A stretch of 64,000 nt of DNA from Clostridia bacterium (GCA_900753315.1 CAADYP010000016.1:2436-66435), one strand, 5' to 3'. Shown: positions 1-9,548, numbered from the stretch's first letter. Made by a program: numbers and translations. The notes: generated by a model not told the origin, from the sequence alone.

Positions 1-1
1 T

Positions 2-319
2 AGGGCAAGCACAAGAGATCAAGAAATTTTGTATTATGACGCAATCATTGACAGCACATCTTCAACAGATGTTGCAGTGAAAGCAGCAGAACAAGCAAAA
101 CTTGACCTTATCTCAACAATGGAAAAAGAACTTGCCGTTGAAGGGCTTATCAAGGCACAAGGTTTTAGCGATTGTGTTATCGCAATCTCTGACACAAAAG
201 TCAATGTTGTTGTCAAAGGTGCATCTATCAATGAAAACGAAGCAGCACAAATTTCTACTATCGTAAGAGAACAACTCGGCACAGAACTTAAAAATATTAT
301 AATAATTCCAGCAGAATAG
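2..319 (+). CDS. spoIIIAH: SpoIIIAH-like sporulation protein, C-terminal part (5' end outside the window)
   Basis: The frame is open from nt 2 to the left edge. The C-terminus '...DTKVNVVVKGASINENEAAQISTIVREQLG' resembles the SpoIIIAH ring-forming domain. The downstream order asp23-nusB-xseAB is what follows the spoIIIA operon in Bacilli and Clostridia. Confidence 0.55.
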   Translation, partial: RASTRDQEILYYDAIIDSTSSTDVAVKAAEQAKLDLISTMEKELAVEGLIKAQGFSDCVIAISDTKVNVVVKGASINENEAAQISTIVREQLGTELKNIIIIPAE

Positions 320-377
320 TTTGCAAATTGATAGCCAGATGTGATAAAATGTCTTTGTAAATATACAAGGAGAGGTT

Positions 378-746
378 ATGGCAGCAAAAAACCAGGACAC
401 CAACAATGGAAAGATTACTTTGGATAGAAAAATTCTTGTTTCTATCATAAACTTGGCAGCAAAAGAAATCAATGGCGTAGAAAGTGTTACAAACTCTTCT
501 CGTCCTTGGTATAAACGTCTGTTCAATCGCTATGACGATGGTGTTGAAATCAAATTTGAGAAAAACGGAGCACTTACAGTAGATGTTTACATCAACATCT
601 ATGTTGGATTCAGCGTGCCCGACATTGCATATAGAGTTCAAGAAAACATTAGAAACTCTCTTGCAACAATGGTTGCACTCAAACCACTTAAAATAAACAT
701 TCATGTTATCAATGTAGAATGCGACAAAGAGGTGGAAAATGCGTAA
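378..746 (+). CDS. Asp23/Gls24-family (alkaline shock) protein
   Basis: The N-terminus 'GKITLDRKILVSIINLAAKEINGVESV' is typical of Asp23. SD 'aaggagagg' lies upstream. Its position before nusB is conserved. Confidence 0.8.
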   Translation: MAAKNQDTNNGKITLDRKILVSIINLAAKEINGVESVTNSSRPWYKRLFNRYDDGVEIKFEKNGALTVDVYINIYVGFSVPDIAYRVQENIRNSLATMVALKPLKINIHVINVECDKEVENA

Positions 747-1125
747 CGATGCCAGAGAAAATGCATTCAAATTGATTTTTGAAAGTTTGTTTCATAATTG
801 TGACAAAGAGCTTTCAAAAGAAAACCTGACCGAACTTAAAAAAGATGAGGACCAAAAGTTTTTTGAAGACATAATGGCAGGATTTGAAGCAAACAAAGAC
901 TCCTTGAAAGAACAAATCGAAAAACATCTTAAAAACTTTGACTATGACAGACTCTTCAAGGTTGATTTGGCACTCATTTATCTTGCACTTACCGAAATTG
1001 AATATTGCAAAACACCGAAGGCGGTTGCTATAAATGAAATTTTGGAAATGGCAAAAAAATACAGCACAGAAAAGTCTTCAAAATTTATAAATGGACTCGT
1101 TTCTGCCATAATAAATCAAGAGTAG
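739..1125 (+). CDS. nusB: transcription antitermination factor NusB
   Basis: 128 aa with 'RENAFKLIFE...' and 'KAVAINEILEMAKKYSTEKSSKFINGLV' NusB signatures. It overlaps asp23 by 8 nt. Confidence 0.85.
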   Translation: MRNDARENAFKLIFESLFHNCDKELSKENLTELKKDEDQKFFEDIMAGFEANKDSLKEQIEKHLKNFDYDRLFKVDLALIYLALTEIEYCKTPKAVAINEILEMAKKYSTEKSSKFINGLVSAIINQE

Positions 1126-2313
1126 ATGACAAACACAAACTATACGATAAGTGTATCGAAATTTAATAGTATCATTAGAGATATCTTTAATGCCGAGGAA
1201 CTTCTCCATAACATCAAAATTGTTGGAGAAGTTTTTGGCATTTCGTTATCAAAATCTGCTACATATTTCAGCATAAAAGATGAAGAAAGTTCTCTTCCTT
1301 GTGTGAGTTTTTATGGTGACATTGCAAACCAAATTAAAGAAGGCGATTCAGTCATTGTCACTGGTTCACCAAACTATTATGCAAAGAGCGGGCGTTTTAA
1401 TTTTGTCGTAAACAAAGTTGAGCCATTTGGACAAGGACTTTTGTATCAAAGATTTTTGGAACTCAAAGATAAACTTCAAAAAGAAGGATTGTTTGATGAA
1501 AGCCACAAAAAGCCATTGCCACAAGTTATCAAAAGAATTGGTGTTGTAACATCAAAAGATGGGGCGGTTATTCAAGATATAAAAAATGTAAGTTGGCGTA
1601 GAAATCCGGCAGTTGACATCGTTTTGTATAACACAAAAGTGCAAGGCAATGACGCGGAAAAAGAAATTGCACAGGGCATAGACTTCTTTTCAAATTATGA
1701 TAATGTTGATGTTGTTGTGGTTGCTCGTGGCGGTGGAAGTTTGGAAGACTTGTCCGCTTATAACACTGAAGTGGTTGCAAGGGCGACTTACAACTGCCAA
1801 AAGCCCATTGTTTCTGCTGTTGGACACGAAACCGATTTTACAATAATTGATTTTGTATCAGATTTGAGAGCACCAACACCTAGTGCTGCGGCAGAACTTC
1901 TTACAAAAGACTCAAACCTTCAGAAAATAACTTTAAAGAAAGAAATTTTGAGAATTGAGAGAGAACTTGAGAGTTATATCGCAGACAAAAATTTGGAGTA
2001 TCAAACCGCAAAAAACACCATTCTTTCAATGATTGAAGATGTGGTGGGAGACAAGCAAGCAGAATTCGAAAAATTGACAACCAAACTTGCCACAAGACTT
2101 GATGCATATTTGGTTGAAAAAGATTATGCATTGAAACTTAAACTTGCCCAACTTGACAAACTTAATCCAACAAGAATTTTGTCACTTGGCTATGCAAAGA
2201 TAGAACAAAATAAAAAACCAATTCACTCTGCAAAAGATGTTGAAATGAAAGAAAAATTGGAGATAAATTTTGCAGACGGCACAATAGTTGCAATCCCTGA
2301 GAAAAAGGAGTAA
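1126..2313 (+). CDS. xseA: exodeoxyribonuclease VII large subunit
   Basis: 395 aa with an OB-fold N-terminus and a 'IGVVTSKDGAVIQDI ... ARGGGSLEDL ... GHETDFTI' catalytic core. Confidence 0.9.
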   Translation: MTNTNYTISVSKFNSIIRDIFNAEELLHNIKIVGEVFGISLSKSATYFSIKDEESSLPCVSFYGDIANQIKEGDSVIVTGSPNYYAKSGRFNFVVNKVEPFGQGLLYQRFLELKDKLQKEGLFDESHKKPLPQVIKRIGVVTSKDGAVIQDIKNVSWRRNPAVDIVLYNTKVQGNDAEKEIAQGIDFFSNYDNVDVVVVARGGGSLEDLSAYNTEVVARATYNCQKPIVSAVGHETDFTIIDFVSDLRAPTPSAAAELLTKDSNLQKITLKKEILRIERELESYIADKNLEYQTAKNTILSMIEDVVGDKQAEFEKLTTKLATRLDAYLVEKDYALKLKLAQLDKLNPTRILSLGYAKIEQNKKPIHSAKDVEMKEKLEINFADGTIVAIPEKKE

Positions 2314-2316
2314 AAT

Positions 2317-2520
2317 ATGAGTTACGAAGACGCAATAAAAGAAATGGAAGAAATCATTGAAAAGTTGGAAAAAGAACAACTCCCGCTCAAAAAAGCACAA
2401 GAACTTTTTGAAAGAGCAAGTGTTTTGGCGAAATTTTCACAAGAAGAATTGTCAAAGACAACCGGAAAACTTTATCAAATAAAGAAAGAACTCGACCAAA
2501 TCATTGAGGAGGAAGCATAA
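2317..2520 (+). CDS. xseB: exodeoxyribonuclease VII small subunit
   Basis: A 67-aa helical protein ('SYEDAIKEMEEIIEKLEKEQLPL') immediately after xseA. Confidence 0.85.
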   Translation: MSYEDAIKEMEEIIEKLEKEQLPLKKAQELFERASVLAKFSQEELSKTTGKLYQIKKELDQIIEEEA

Positions 2521-2521
2521 A

Positions 2522-4255
2522 ATGAGATTAAGCAAACTCGTAGGAAAAAGAATAAAAGAGACACCAAACAACGCAGCACTTAAAAGCCACATCTTTCTTT
2601 TGAGAGCAGGTTACATAAAACAAGTCGGCGCTGGTATTTTTTCTTTGATGCCACCAGCACAAAGAGTTAGTCTCAAAATGCAAAAAATCATTCGTGAAGA
2701 AATGAATAAACTTGATGGACAAGAAGTTTTGTTTCCTGTTGTTATGCCAAGAGAACTTTGGGATTTGAGTGGAAGATATTCTTCAATCAAAGGCGAAATG
2801 GTGCGTTTTAAGGACAGAACCGGACACGATATGCTTCTTGGAATGACTCACGAAGAAGCTGCTGTTCACATGATGATGAACACTGCAACAAGCCCAGAAG
2901 ATTTGCCTTGCATGATTTATCAAATTCAAACAAAATTCCGTGATGAAGCAAGACCTAGAGGCGGACTTATTAGAGTAAGAGAATTTACTATGAAAGACGC
3001 CTATTCTTTCCACTTAACTCAAGAAGATTTGGATAACTATTATAAGAGAGTTTACCAAGCATACATCCGCATTTATAAGCGTTTTGGTTTCAAAAAATTT
3101 GTCGTTGTCGAAGGCGACAATGGAATTATGGGCGGAAAGGTTTCTCACGAATATATGGCAGTTACTGATGTTGGTGAAGACAGCCTCGTAATCTGTCCAA
3201 AATGCGGTTATAGTAGCAATATGGAAGTTGCTGTCTCAGTTTGTGACGAAAACAAAGCAGAAACGCCACTTGAAATGGAAGAAATTTTTACTGGCAACGC
3301 TCATACTATTGATGAAGTATGCAATTTCCTTGAAATTGACGAAAAACACACTGCAAAAGCGGTTTGTTATAAATGTGTCGAAGATGGCAAATTGGTAGTT
3401 GCATTTTTGAGAGGCGACCACGAAGTAAACGAAAGCAAACTTGCAAAATGCGTTAGAAGTGAACTTGAACCTGTTGATGTTGAAGAATATGGACTTTTCT
3501 CAGGAAACATCGGCTGTTTAAATTTAAACTTGCCAGAAGGAAGTCATGTCTACTTTGATAAAACTTTGAAAGGTCTTGAAAATTTTGTTACAGGTGCAAA
3601 CAAAAAAGACTTCCACTTGAAAAATGTAAGCATGACAAGAGATTTGCCTAACACAGAATTTGTTGATATTTCTTTGGTTTGTGCAGGAGAAAAGTGCACT
3701 CATTGTGGCGAAGAGTTGACACTTACTCGTGGTATTGAAATTGGAAACATTTTCCAACTTGGAACAAAATACACAAAAGCTATGGGCATGAAAATCAATA
3801 TGCCTGACGGCACTTCAAAAGAACCTATTATGGGTTGTTATGGAATTGGTGTTGGTAGGTGTCTCGCAAGCATAATTGAAGAAAAAGGCGATGACAAAGG
3901 TCTTGTTTGGCCTATGACAATAGCTCCATGGCAAGTTCATTTCTGCCCAATTAGAATTGATGATGAAAATGTTAGTGCCATTGCAAACGAATTATACAAA
4001 AAGATGGAAGATGCAGGCATTGAAGTTCTGTTTGATGACAGAAGAGTGTCTGCTGGTGTAAAACTTACAGATAGCGAACTTATGGGAGTGCCAATTAGAG
4101 TTGTTATAAGTCCAAAAACACTTGCAAACGGAACTGCAGAAGTTACACTTCGTGGCAATGACAGCGAACCAGTGTTTATTCCAATTGGCGAGTTGATTCC
4201 AGAACTTAAAGTTATGATTCAAGACGAAATTGACGAAATAGAAGGCTCTTTATAA
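2522..4255 (+). CDS. proS: proline--tRNA ligase
   Basis: Class II aaRS motifs ('FRDEARPRGGLIRVREFTMKDAYSF', 'GCYGIGVGR'). The start is moved to ATG 2522, 6-7 nt after SD 'gaggagga', rather than the track's 2504. Confidence 0.9.
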   Translation: MRLSKLVGKRIKETPNNAALKSHIFLLRAGYIKQVGAGIFSLMPPAQRVSLKMQKIIREEMNKLDGQEVLFPVVMPRELWDLSGRYSSIKGEMVRFKDRTGHDMLLGMTHEEAAVHMMMNTATSPEDLPCMIYQIQTKFRDEARPRGGLIRVREFTMKDAYSFHLTQEDLDNYYKRVYQAYIRIYKRFGFKKFVVVEGDNGIMGGKVSHEYMAVTDVGEDSLVICPKCGYSSNMEVAVSVCDENKAETPLEMEEIFTGNAHTIDEVCNFLEIDEKHTAKAVCYKCVEDGKLVVAFLRGDHEVNESKLAKCVRSELEPVDVEEYGLFSGNIGCLNLNLPEGSHVYFDKTLKGLENFVTGANKKDFHLKNVSMTRDLPNTEFVDISLVCAGEKCTHCGEELTLTRGIEIGNIFQLGTKYTKAMGMKINMPDGTSKEPIMGCYGIGVGRCLASIIEEKGDDKGLVWPMTIAPWQVHFCPIRIDDENVSAIANELYKKMEDAGIEVLFDDRRVSAGVKLTDSELMGVPIRVVISPKTLANGTAEVTLRGNDSEPVFIPIGELIPELKVMIQDEIDEIEGSL

Positions 4256-4274
4256 TAAGAGCCTTCTTTGTTTT
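4241..4274 (+). terminator. intrinsic terminator after proS
   Basis: A 10-bp perfect stem, gaaggctctt / aagagccttc, with loop tataat and then a T-rich tract. It overlaps the proS stop codon. Confidence 0.7.
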
Positions 4275-4357
4275 CTCTTGTTTTGTTTTTTGTTTTTAGT
4301 CAAAACCTTTCTTGCTCTTCTTGTCCTATTTTCAATCTAAATGAAATATAATACAAC

Positions 4358-5005
4358 ATGAAAAAGAATAATTTTAGATGGGCGTTTAAAACACTTATTT
4401 TGTCTGTTGCTTTGTCAATCGTGTTTAGCGTCGCATCACAAAGCATGTTTCCAAATTTGCCCAATTTTTTGTCGATATTTGTGATATTCTTTTTTATTGT
4501 CGTAAGTGTGATTTTTGACATGATAAGTGTTGCTGTGACTTCAATAGATTTTGAACAACTTGAAAAATACAAAGACAAAACCGGATATCCAACAGCAGTT
4601 ATTTTGTGCGAGAACACTGAAAAGGTTTCATCGTTTTGCGGAGATGTTGTGGGCGATATTTGTGGCATTTTGAGTGGTGCAGGTGGGGTGAGTTTGGTTT
4701 TAAACATGCACATAACAGACCAAACAATAAATTTTATTGTTACATGCCTTATAAGTTCGATTATTGCAGGATTGACAATTTTTGGCAAAGCCATGATGAA
4801 AAATTATTCGGTTGAAAATTGCGAAACGGTGGTTATGACAACAAGTCGCTTTATGGAAACTTCACCATTTTCTTATTTAAAGATGTTTTTTTCTTGGATA
4901 AAAACAAAAAGGCGAGAAAAGAGTGGTAAAAAGAAAACTGAAAGCAATCAAAATGTAAAAAAGTCAAAGAAATTTGAAAAAATGAGGAAAAATGTAAAAA
5001 AATGA
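4358..5005 (+). CDS. hypothetical multi-pass membrane protein with a Lys-rich C-terminal tail
   Basis: Several hydrophobic segments and a K-rich tail. No family recognised. No SD; TATAAT (4347-4352) ends 5 nt before the ATG. Confidence 0.5.
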   Translation: MKKNNFRWAFKTLILSVALSIVFSVASQSMFPNLPNFLSIFVIFFFIVVSVIFDMISVAVTSIDFEQLEKYKDKTGYPTAVILCENTEKVSSFCGDVVGDICGILSGAGGVSLVLNMHITDQTINFIVTCLISSIIAGLTIFGKAMMKNYSVENCETVVMTTSRFMETSPFSYLKMFFSWIKTKRREKSGKKKTESNQNVKKSKKFEKMRKNVKK

Positions 5006-5034
5006 TTGACAATAAGATGACATTGTGATATTAT
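5006..5034 (+). promoter_or_regulatory. sigma-A-type promoter of the infC-rpmI-rplT leader
   Basis: TTGACA (5006-5011), a 17-nt spacer, then TATTAT (5029-5034). Confidence 0.5.
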
Positions 5035-5039
5035 ATGGC

Positions 5040-5178
5040 AGTAAGAAAGTAGAAGTTCTCCTTCTCACCCATCGAATTTCGTTTTGATGTGGTCAAAAAT
5101 TTTGAATAATTCATTTGTATTTACAAATTTTTGATTTGGTGATATTTGGTAGAACTTTTCGTCCTACCAAATTTTTTT
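5040..5178 (+). promoter_or_regulatory. 5' leader of infC-rpmI-rplT with an intrinsic attenuator (L20-leader-like)
   Basis: About 170 nt of untranslated leader. It ends in hairpin atttggtagaac / gtcctaccaaat (5144-5172) followed by T7, just upstream of the infC SD. In Bacilli this operon is attenuated by L20. Confidence 0.45.
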
Positions 5179-5209
5179 AAAGGAGATTACGACAATTTTT
5201 AAGGAATTA

Positions 5210-5707
5210 TTGATCAACGACCAAATAACTTCAAAAGAAGTAAGATTGATTGGCGAAGAAGGCGAACAACTTGGTGTTTTGACAACAGCCGAAGCACAAA
5301 GCATAGCAGACAAGAGCGGACTTGACTTGGTGCTTATGTCACCAAACGGAAATCCACCAGTTTGCAGACTTATGGACTACGGGAAATATAAGTTTGACAG
5401 CATCAAGAAGGAGAAAGAACTTCGCAAAAATCAAAAAATCAGCGAAATCAAAGAAATTCAACTTTCTATGAGAATTGATGAATATCACATCAGTTTCAAA
5501 CTTAAAAATGCTCAAAAGATTTTGCAAGATGGCGACAAAGTGAAAGTATCTTTGCGTATGAGAGGGAGAGAGCAAGCATATTCACAAAATGCTGTTGAAA
5601 TCGTGAAAAAGTTTGTATCTGACCTTGCAGAATATGGTTCTATTGACAAAGAGCCAGCAATCATGGGAAAGAATGTCTTTGTTGTAATCAACCCAAAGAA
5701 AGCGTAA
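5210..5707 (+). CDS. infC: translation initiation factor IF-3 (TTG start)
   Basis: 'INDQITSKEVRLIGEEGEQLGV...' matches the IF-3 N-terminus. There is no in-frame ATG; TTG at 5210 lies 4 nt after 'aagga'. Confidence 0.9.
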   Translation: MINDQITSKEVRLIGEEGEQLGVLTTAEAQSIADKSGLDLVLMSPNGNPPVCRLMDYGKYKFDSIKKEKELRKNQKISEIKEIQLSMRIDEYHISFKLKNAQKILQDGDKVKVSLRMRGREQAYSQNAVEIVKKFVSDLAEYGSIDKEPAIMGKNVFVVINPKKA

Positions 5708-5728
5708 ATTTAAAAGGAGAAAAGGAAA

Positions 5729-5923
5729 ATGCCTAAAATGAAAACACACAGTGGTGCAAAAAAGAGATTTTCACTCACTGCAACAGGAAAAGTTAAGTAT
5801 GCAAGACCAAACAAAGGTCACTTCTTGACAAACAAAAGCAAAAGTCGTAAAAGAAAACTCAGAAAAGGGTCTTACATTGCTGGAAAGAATGCTAGCAACA
5901 TTAAGACATTGCTCTGCAAGTAA
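5729..5923 (+). CDS. rpmI: 50S ribosomal protein L35
   Basis: 'MPKMKTHSGAKKRF' is the canonical L35 N-terminus. Confidence 0.95.
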   Translation: MPKMKTHSGAKKRFSLTATGKVKYARPNKGHFLTNKSKSRKRKLRKGSYIAGKNASNIKTLLCK

Positions 5924-5936
5924 TTAGGAGGGAAAA

Positions 5937-6284
5937 ATGAGAATTAAAAGAGGAGTAAACGCAGTTAAAAAGCGTAGAAAAATTTTAAAACAAGCTAAAG
6001 GTTACTTTGGAGCAAAGAGTAAACTTTATAGAACAGCAAGAGAACAAGTTATGAAGAGCGGACAATATGCTTATATTGGCCGTAAACAAAAGAAAAGAGA
6101 CTTCCGTGCTCTTTGGATTACAAGAATCAATGCTGCTTGCAGATTGAACGATATTTCATACAGCAGATTTATCGATGGACTCAAAAAAGCAAACGTTACA
6201 CTCAACAGAAAAGTTCTTGCTGACATGGCAGTTAGAGAACCAGAAGCATTTGCAAACCTTGTAGAAGTTGCAAAGAAGGCTTAA
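5937..6284 (+). CDS. rplT: 50S ribosomal protein L20
   Basis: '[25 protein letters not shown]' is canonical L20. Confidence 0.95.
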   Translation: MRIKRGVNAVKKRRKILKQAKGYFGAKSKLYRTAREQVMKSGQYAYIGRKQKKRDFRALWITRINAACRLNDISYSRFIDGLKKANVTLNRKVLADMAVREPEAFANLVEVAKKA

Positions 6285-7015
6285 TGGAAAAGGCGAGTAA
6301 AAACTTCATATTAGACATAAAAAAGCAAAAACGAGAAAACAAGTCTTTGCTTTTTTTGGATAATATAAAGATTATTAAAGATGCAATTCAAAACAAATCA
6401 ATAACCATTGATTGCATTTTGACATGTCTTGACAATTTGCCATTCGAGACTGAACCAAACACAAAAATTTATAAGGTTGAGCCATCTGTTTTGGAACAAC
6501 TCGCAAACACAAAAACACCACAGAAAGTATTATGCATTGCATACCTTACACAAAATGTGGTAGAAAAACCAAAAACAAATTTTTTGGTTTTGGACGGACT
6601 TCAAGACCCAGGAAATGTTGGGACTTTGATTCGTTCGGCTTTTGCATGTGGCTTTGAATATATCTTTTTGGTTGATTCTGTTCGCAAAGAAAACGACAAA
6701 CTCATTAGGAGTTCAGTCGGTGCTGTTTTTGATTCAAAAGTCAATCAAATGACAAGAAAAGACTTTTGTGATATGGCAAAAAAAGAAAATTTTAACTTGA
6801 TTATGTGTGATATGAATGGTAAAAACATCTTTGAAACCGACATAACCAAACAAGTTGGTGTTGTTGTTGGAAATGAAGGTCAAGGCGTAAGTGACGAAAT
6901 CGCAAATTTGTGTAATATGACCGTAAAAATTCCTATGAAACAGGGTATTGAAAGCCTAAATGCAGGGGTTAGCGGTTCAATAATCATGTATGAAATAAAC
7001 AAAAAGAAGTTTTAA
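6284..7015 (+). CDS. TrmH/SpoU-family RNA 2'-O-methyltransferase
   Basis: SpoU motifs 'LDGLQDPGNVGTLIRSA', 'VVVGNEGQGVS' and 'IPMKQGIESLNAGVSGSI'. Confidence 0.8.
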   Translation: MEKASKNFILDIKKQKRENKSLLFLDNIKIIKDAIQNKSITIDCILTCLDNLPFETEPNTKIYKVEPSVLEQLANTKTPQKVLCIAYLTQNVVEKPKTNFLVLDGLQDPGNVGTLIRSAFACGFEYIFLVDSVRKENDKLIRSSVGAVFDSKVNQMTRKDFCDMAKKENFNLIMCDMNGKNIFETDITKQVGVVVGNEGQGVSDEIANLCNMTVKIPMKQGIESLNAGVSGSIIMYEINKKKF

Positions 7016-7042
7016 GATTTTTTCTAAAACTTCTTTTTTATT
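7002..7042. terminator. bidirectional intrinsic terminator (TrmH-family gene / HEPN-like gene)
   Basis: Stem aaaagaagtttta / taaaacttctttt, flanked by A-runs and T-runs on both sides. Confidence 0.65.
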
Positions 7043-7081
7043 TATATCTCTATTTCTAGTATCTTCAATATTATTATCTAA

Positions 7082-8614
7082 TTAAATTGTTCTATCTTCT
7101 CTCTTTGCTGTGCTAGAAGGCATAACTGTTGATTCATCGGTCTCTTTTGTCTCTGTTTCATCTGTGGTTACACTTTCTTTTGCTTCAAGTTCGGCTTTAT
7201 GTATTTTGAAAACTTCAAAACATTTGTCTTTTACTTCTTCCAAATCACGAGAATGAATGGTAAATTTATGTTCCAAAGTTTCGTCAGAATCAGACACTTG
7301 GTCAAAAATTTCAATCTTATCACCAACATTGTTTATATAATTTCCATGTACGATTGAATTTCTAATACGACTGAGTGTCTTTTTCATATGTTTTTGTGTC
7401 AATTCTGCTTCTGTCACTCCATAAGTCTTGCAAGCAAGAGTTTTAATTATATCACAATCAGCAATTTGTGTAAGCAAGTTGTTTTGTTCGGCAAGTTCAA
7501 GCATTGATACAACTTGTGTGGCAAGCATTTCTTTATAAACATACTCAAAATTTGAATTTGCATACATTGCTCTCAATGTTTCTTGAACATTGTTTTCATG
7601 AAATTGATAATCCTTTTCAACTATGTATTGTTTCAGACCATTAACATCTTTTCTTGCATAATCCAAATCACCAGGAATAGCAAGTCCAGTATCTTGAACA
7701 TTTTTCAACTTCAAATATGCAAACTTATCTGAAAGCAAAACATTTTGAATTGCGGTATAAATTGCGAATTGATCAAACTTGTCAGTCTTCATTCTTTCTC
7801 GCATTTGGGTCGCATAAGCCTTGTATATATCATAAAATGCACGCATTTGCTCTGGGGTGAGATCAAGGTCTTGTGTTCCATTTTTCTCATCAAAAGTAAT
7901 CAGTTTTTCTTTTCCAGCATCATAGCCATAGCATATTGGATAATGCTCAATGTTATTTTCATCACCAAGCAAATCAAGCATCAAATCTTTGAATTTGTTA
8001 TATGAAAGTGAAAGAGTTTTCTTTACTGGTTTTGGACGTTTGACCTTTGTTGTCCCATCTGGTGCAAAAGTAAAATATGATGGATAATAAAACTTCAAAG
8101 TGCAACATTCTTCAACCATTTCTCCCAACTGTTTTGCTAATATTGAAGATTTTGGAGCTAGTGTTCCAATAGTTTTATAATATTTTGAAATCTTCGCTTC
8201 ATATGCTTTAAAATCAAACGATTGAATGACATCTCCATGGGCGATAGAATTGCAAATTTGTTTCAAAATGTTTGCACATTCTGCACCAGTCAATTCTGGT
8301 TCGGTTTTAAAAATTTCTGCCTTAAAAGTGGCAAATTTTGGATTTTTTTCTATTTCATCAAATTTAAAAAATTGCAATCTTTCTCTTATGTCCAACACAA
8401 AAATTCTTCTCGACAAACTCAATGCCAAAACGATTTTTGAAATCAAAACATCACTGCCTGCGACATCGCCAACTTTTGGTGCACGCTTGTTTCTTCTTAC
8501 TGAATCGTAAAAACTTGTAGTTGGGTCATTTTTCATTGTCTTATATGCTTCTACTGCAGCATCAAGATAATCAAAAAACAAAATTTCCTGTGTCAATTCG
8601 TCTTTTTCTATCAT
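7082..8614 (-). CDS. hypothetical 510-aa protein with two HEPN-like helices: 'ICNSIAHGD' (degenerate) and 'IRNSIVHGN' (canonical Rx4H)
   Basis: The start is set at ATG 8614, 8 nt after SD 'ggagag'; the track's 33-aa extension would run through the promoter region. CNSIAH is encoded at 8237-8254 and RNSIVH at 7346-7363. The tail is acidic. It is the only minus-strand gene in a 14-kb plus-strand block. Confidence 0.6.
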   Translation of the reverse strand: MIEKDELTQEILFFDYLDAAVEAYKTMKNDPTTSFYDSVRRNKRAPKVGDVAGSDVLISKIVLALSLSRRIFVLDIRERLQFFKFDEIEKNPKFATFKAEIFKTEPELTGAECANILKQICNSIAHGDVIQSFDFKAYEAKISKYYKTIGTLAPKSSILAKQLGEMVEECCTLKFYYPSYFTFAPDGTTKVKRPKPVKKTLSLSYNKFKDLMLDLLGDENNIEHYPICYGYDAGKEKLITFDEKNGTQDLDLTPEQMRAFYDIYKAYATQMRERMKTDKFDQFAIYTAIQNVLLSDKFAYLKLKNVQDTGLAIPGDLDYARKDVNGLKQYIVEKDYQFHENNVQETLRAMYANSNFEYVYKEMLATQVVSMLELAEQNNLLTQIADCDIIKTLACKTYGVTEAELTQKHMKKTLSRIRNSIVHGNYINNVGDKIEIFDQVSDSDETLEHKFTIHSRDLEEVKDKCFEVFKIHKAELEAKESVTTDETETKETDESTVMPSSTAKREDRTI

Positions 8615-8656
8615 AAAAAACACTCTCCAATGTGTGCTTATCGCACTCTCATATAT

Positions 8657-8685
8657 ATTATAACATAAAGTTTTTATCGTTACAA
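8657..8685 (-). promoter_or_regulatory. candidate promoter of the HEPN-like gene
   Basis: On the minus strand: TTGTAA, a 17-nt spacer, then TATAAT, about 40 nt upstream of the ATG. Confidence 0.4.
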
Positions 8686-8706
8686 TAGCAAAATTAAAAT
8701 TTTCAT

Positions 8707-8735
8707 TTGACAAGATTTAATTGATATATTATACT
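8707..8735 (+). promoter_or_regulatory. candidate promoter of yebC
   Basis: TTGACA (8707-8712), a 17-nt spacer, then TATACT (8730-8735). Confidence 0.5.
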
Positions 8736-8769
8736 ATAGGAGTTATAAACAAAAAAATAGGAGATTATC

Positions 8770-9498
8770 ATGTCTGGACATTCAAAATGGCATAACATAC
8801 AAGCCAAAAAAGGTAAAACTGATGCCGCTAGAGGCAAAATATTCACAAAAATTGGAAGAGAAATCGCTGTCTGCGTAAAAATGGGCGGAGCAGACCCTAA
8901 CGTTAACAGCAAACTTAAAGACATCATTGCAAAAGCAAAGCAAAACAACATGCCAAACGATAGCATTGAAAGATCAATCAAAAAAGCATCTGGAGAACTC
9001 GCTGGGGTAAACTACGAATCAATTACATACGAAGGCTATGGTGTAGGTGGCTCTGCTGTTATTGTTGAATGTCTTACTGACAACAAAAACAGAACAGCTG
9101 GCGATGTTCGTCACTCATTTGATAAACACGGCGGAAGTTTGGGCTCTACAAACTGTGTTTCTTATCTTTTCAACAGAAAGGGAATTGTTGTTGTAGTTGA
9201 TGTAGAAGATGTTGACACTTTGATTCTTGATGCGATTGAAGAAGGTGCAATTGACGTTGTTGAAGATGAGGATGCAGTTGAAGTTATCACAGAACCAAAT
9301 CAAGACGGAAAAATGCGTGAAGCACTTGAAAAGAAGGGTTACACAGTAATTTCTTCCGAAACAGCTCTCGTTCCTGATATGTATGTTGACTTAAATGAAG
9401 AACAACTTGGAAAATTCCAACGCATGGTTGATGCTCTTGAAGATTTGGATGATGTTCAAGAAGTTTATCACAATGTAAACCTTCCAGATGAAGAATAA
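8770..9498 (+). CDS. yebC: YebC/PmpR-family transcriptional regulator
   Basis: '[27 protein letters not shown]' is the canonical YebC N-terminus. Confidence 0.9.
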   Translation: MSGHSKWHNIQAKKGKTDAARGKIFTKIGREIAVCVKMGGADPNVNSKLKDIIAKAKQNNMPNDSIERSIKKASGELAGVNYESITYEGYGVGGSAVIVECLTDNKNRTAGDVRHSFDKHGGSLGSTNCVSYLFNRKGIVVVVDVEDVDTLILDAIEEGAIDVVEDEDAVEVITEPNQDGKMREALEKKGYTVISSETALVPDMYVDLNEEQLGKFQRMVDALEDLDDVQEVYHNVNLPDEE

Positions 9499-9548
9499 AA
9501 CCTTTAAGTAATAAAACGACAATCGTTCAAAATCAGTTTTAATTATTA

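Noticed and set aside
8615-8713. A 33-aa N-terminal extension of the HEPN-like ORF (track start 8713).
   Set aside because: The extension has no SD and would overlap both divergent promoter candidates. The internal ATG at 8614 has a well-spaced GGAGAG.
8703-8981. A 92-aa minus-strand ORF overlapping yebC.
   Set aside because: It is antisense to a well-supported YebC gene and has hydrophobic antisense-type composition.
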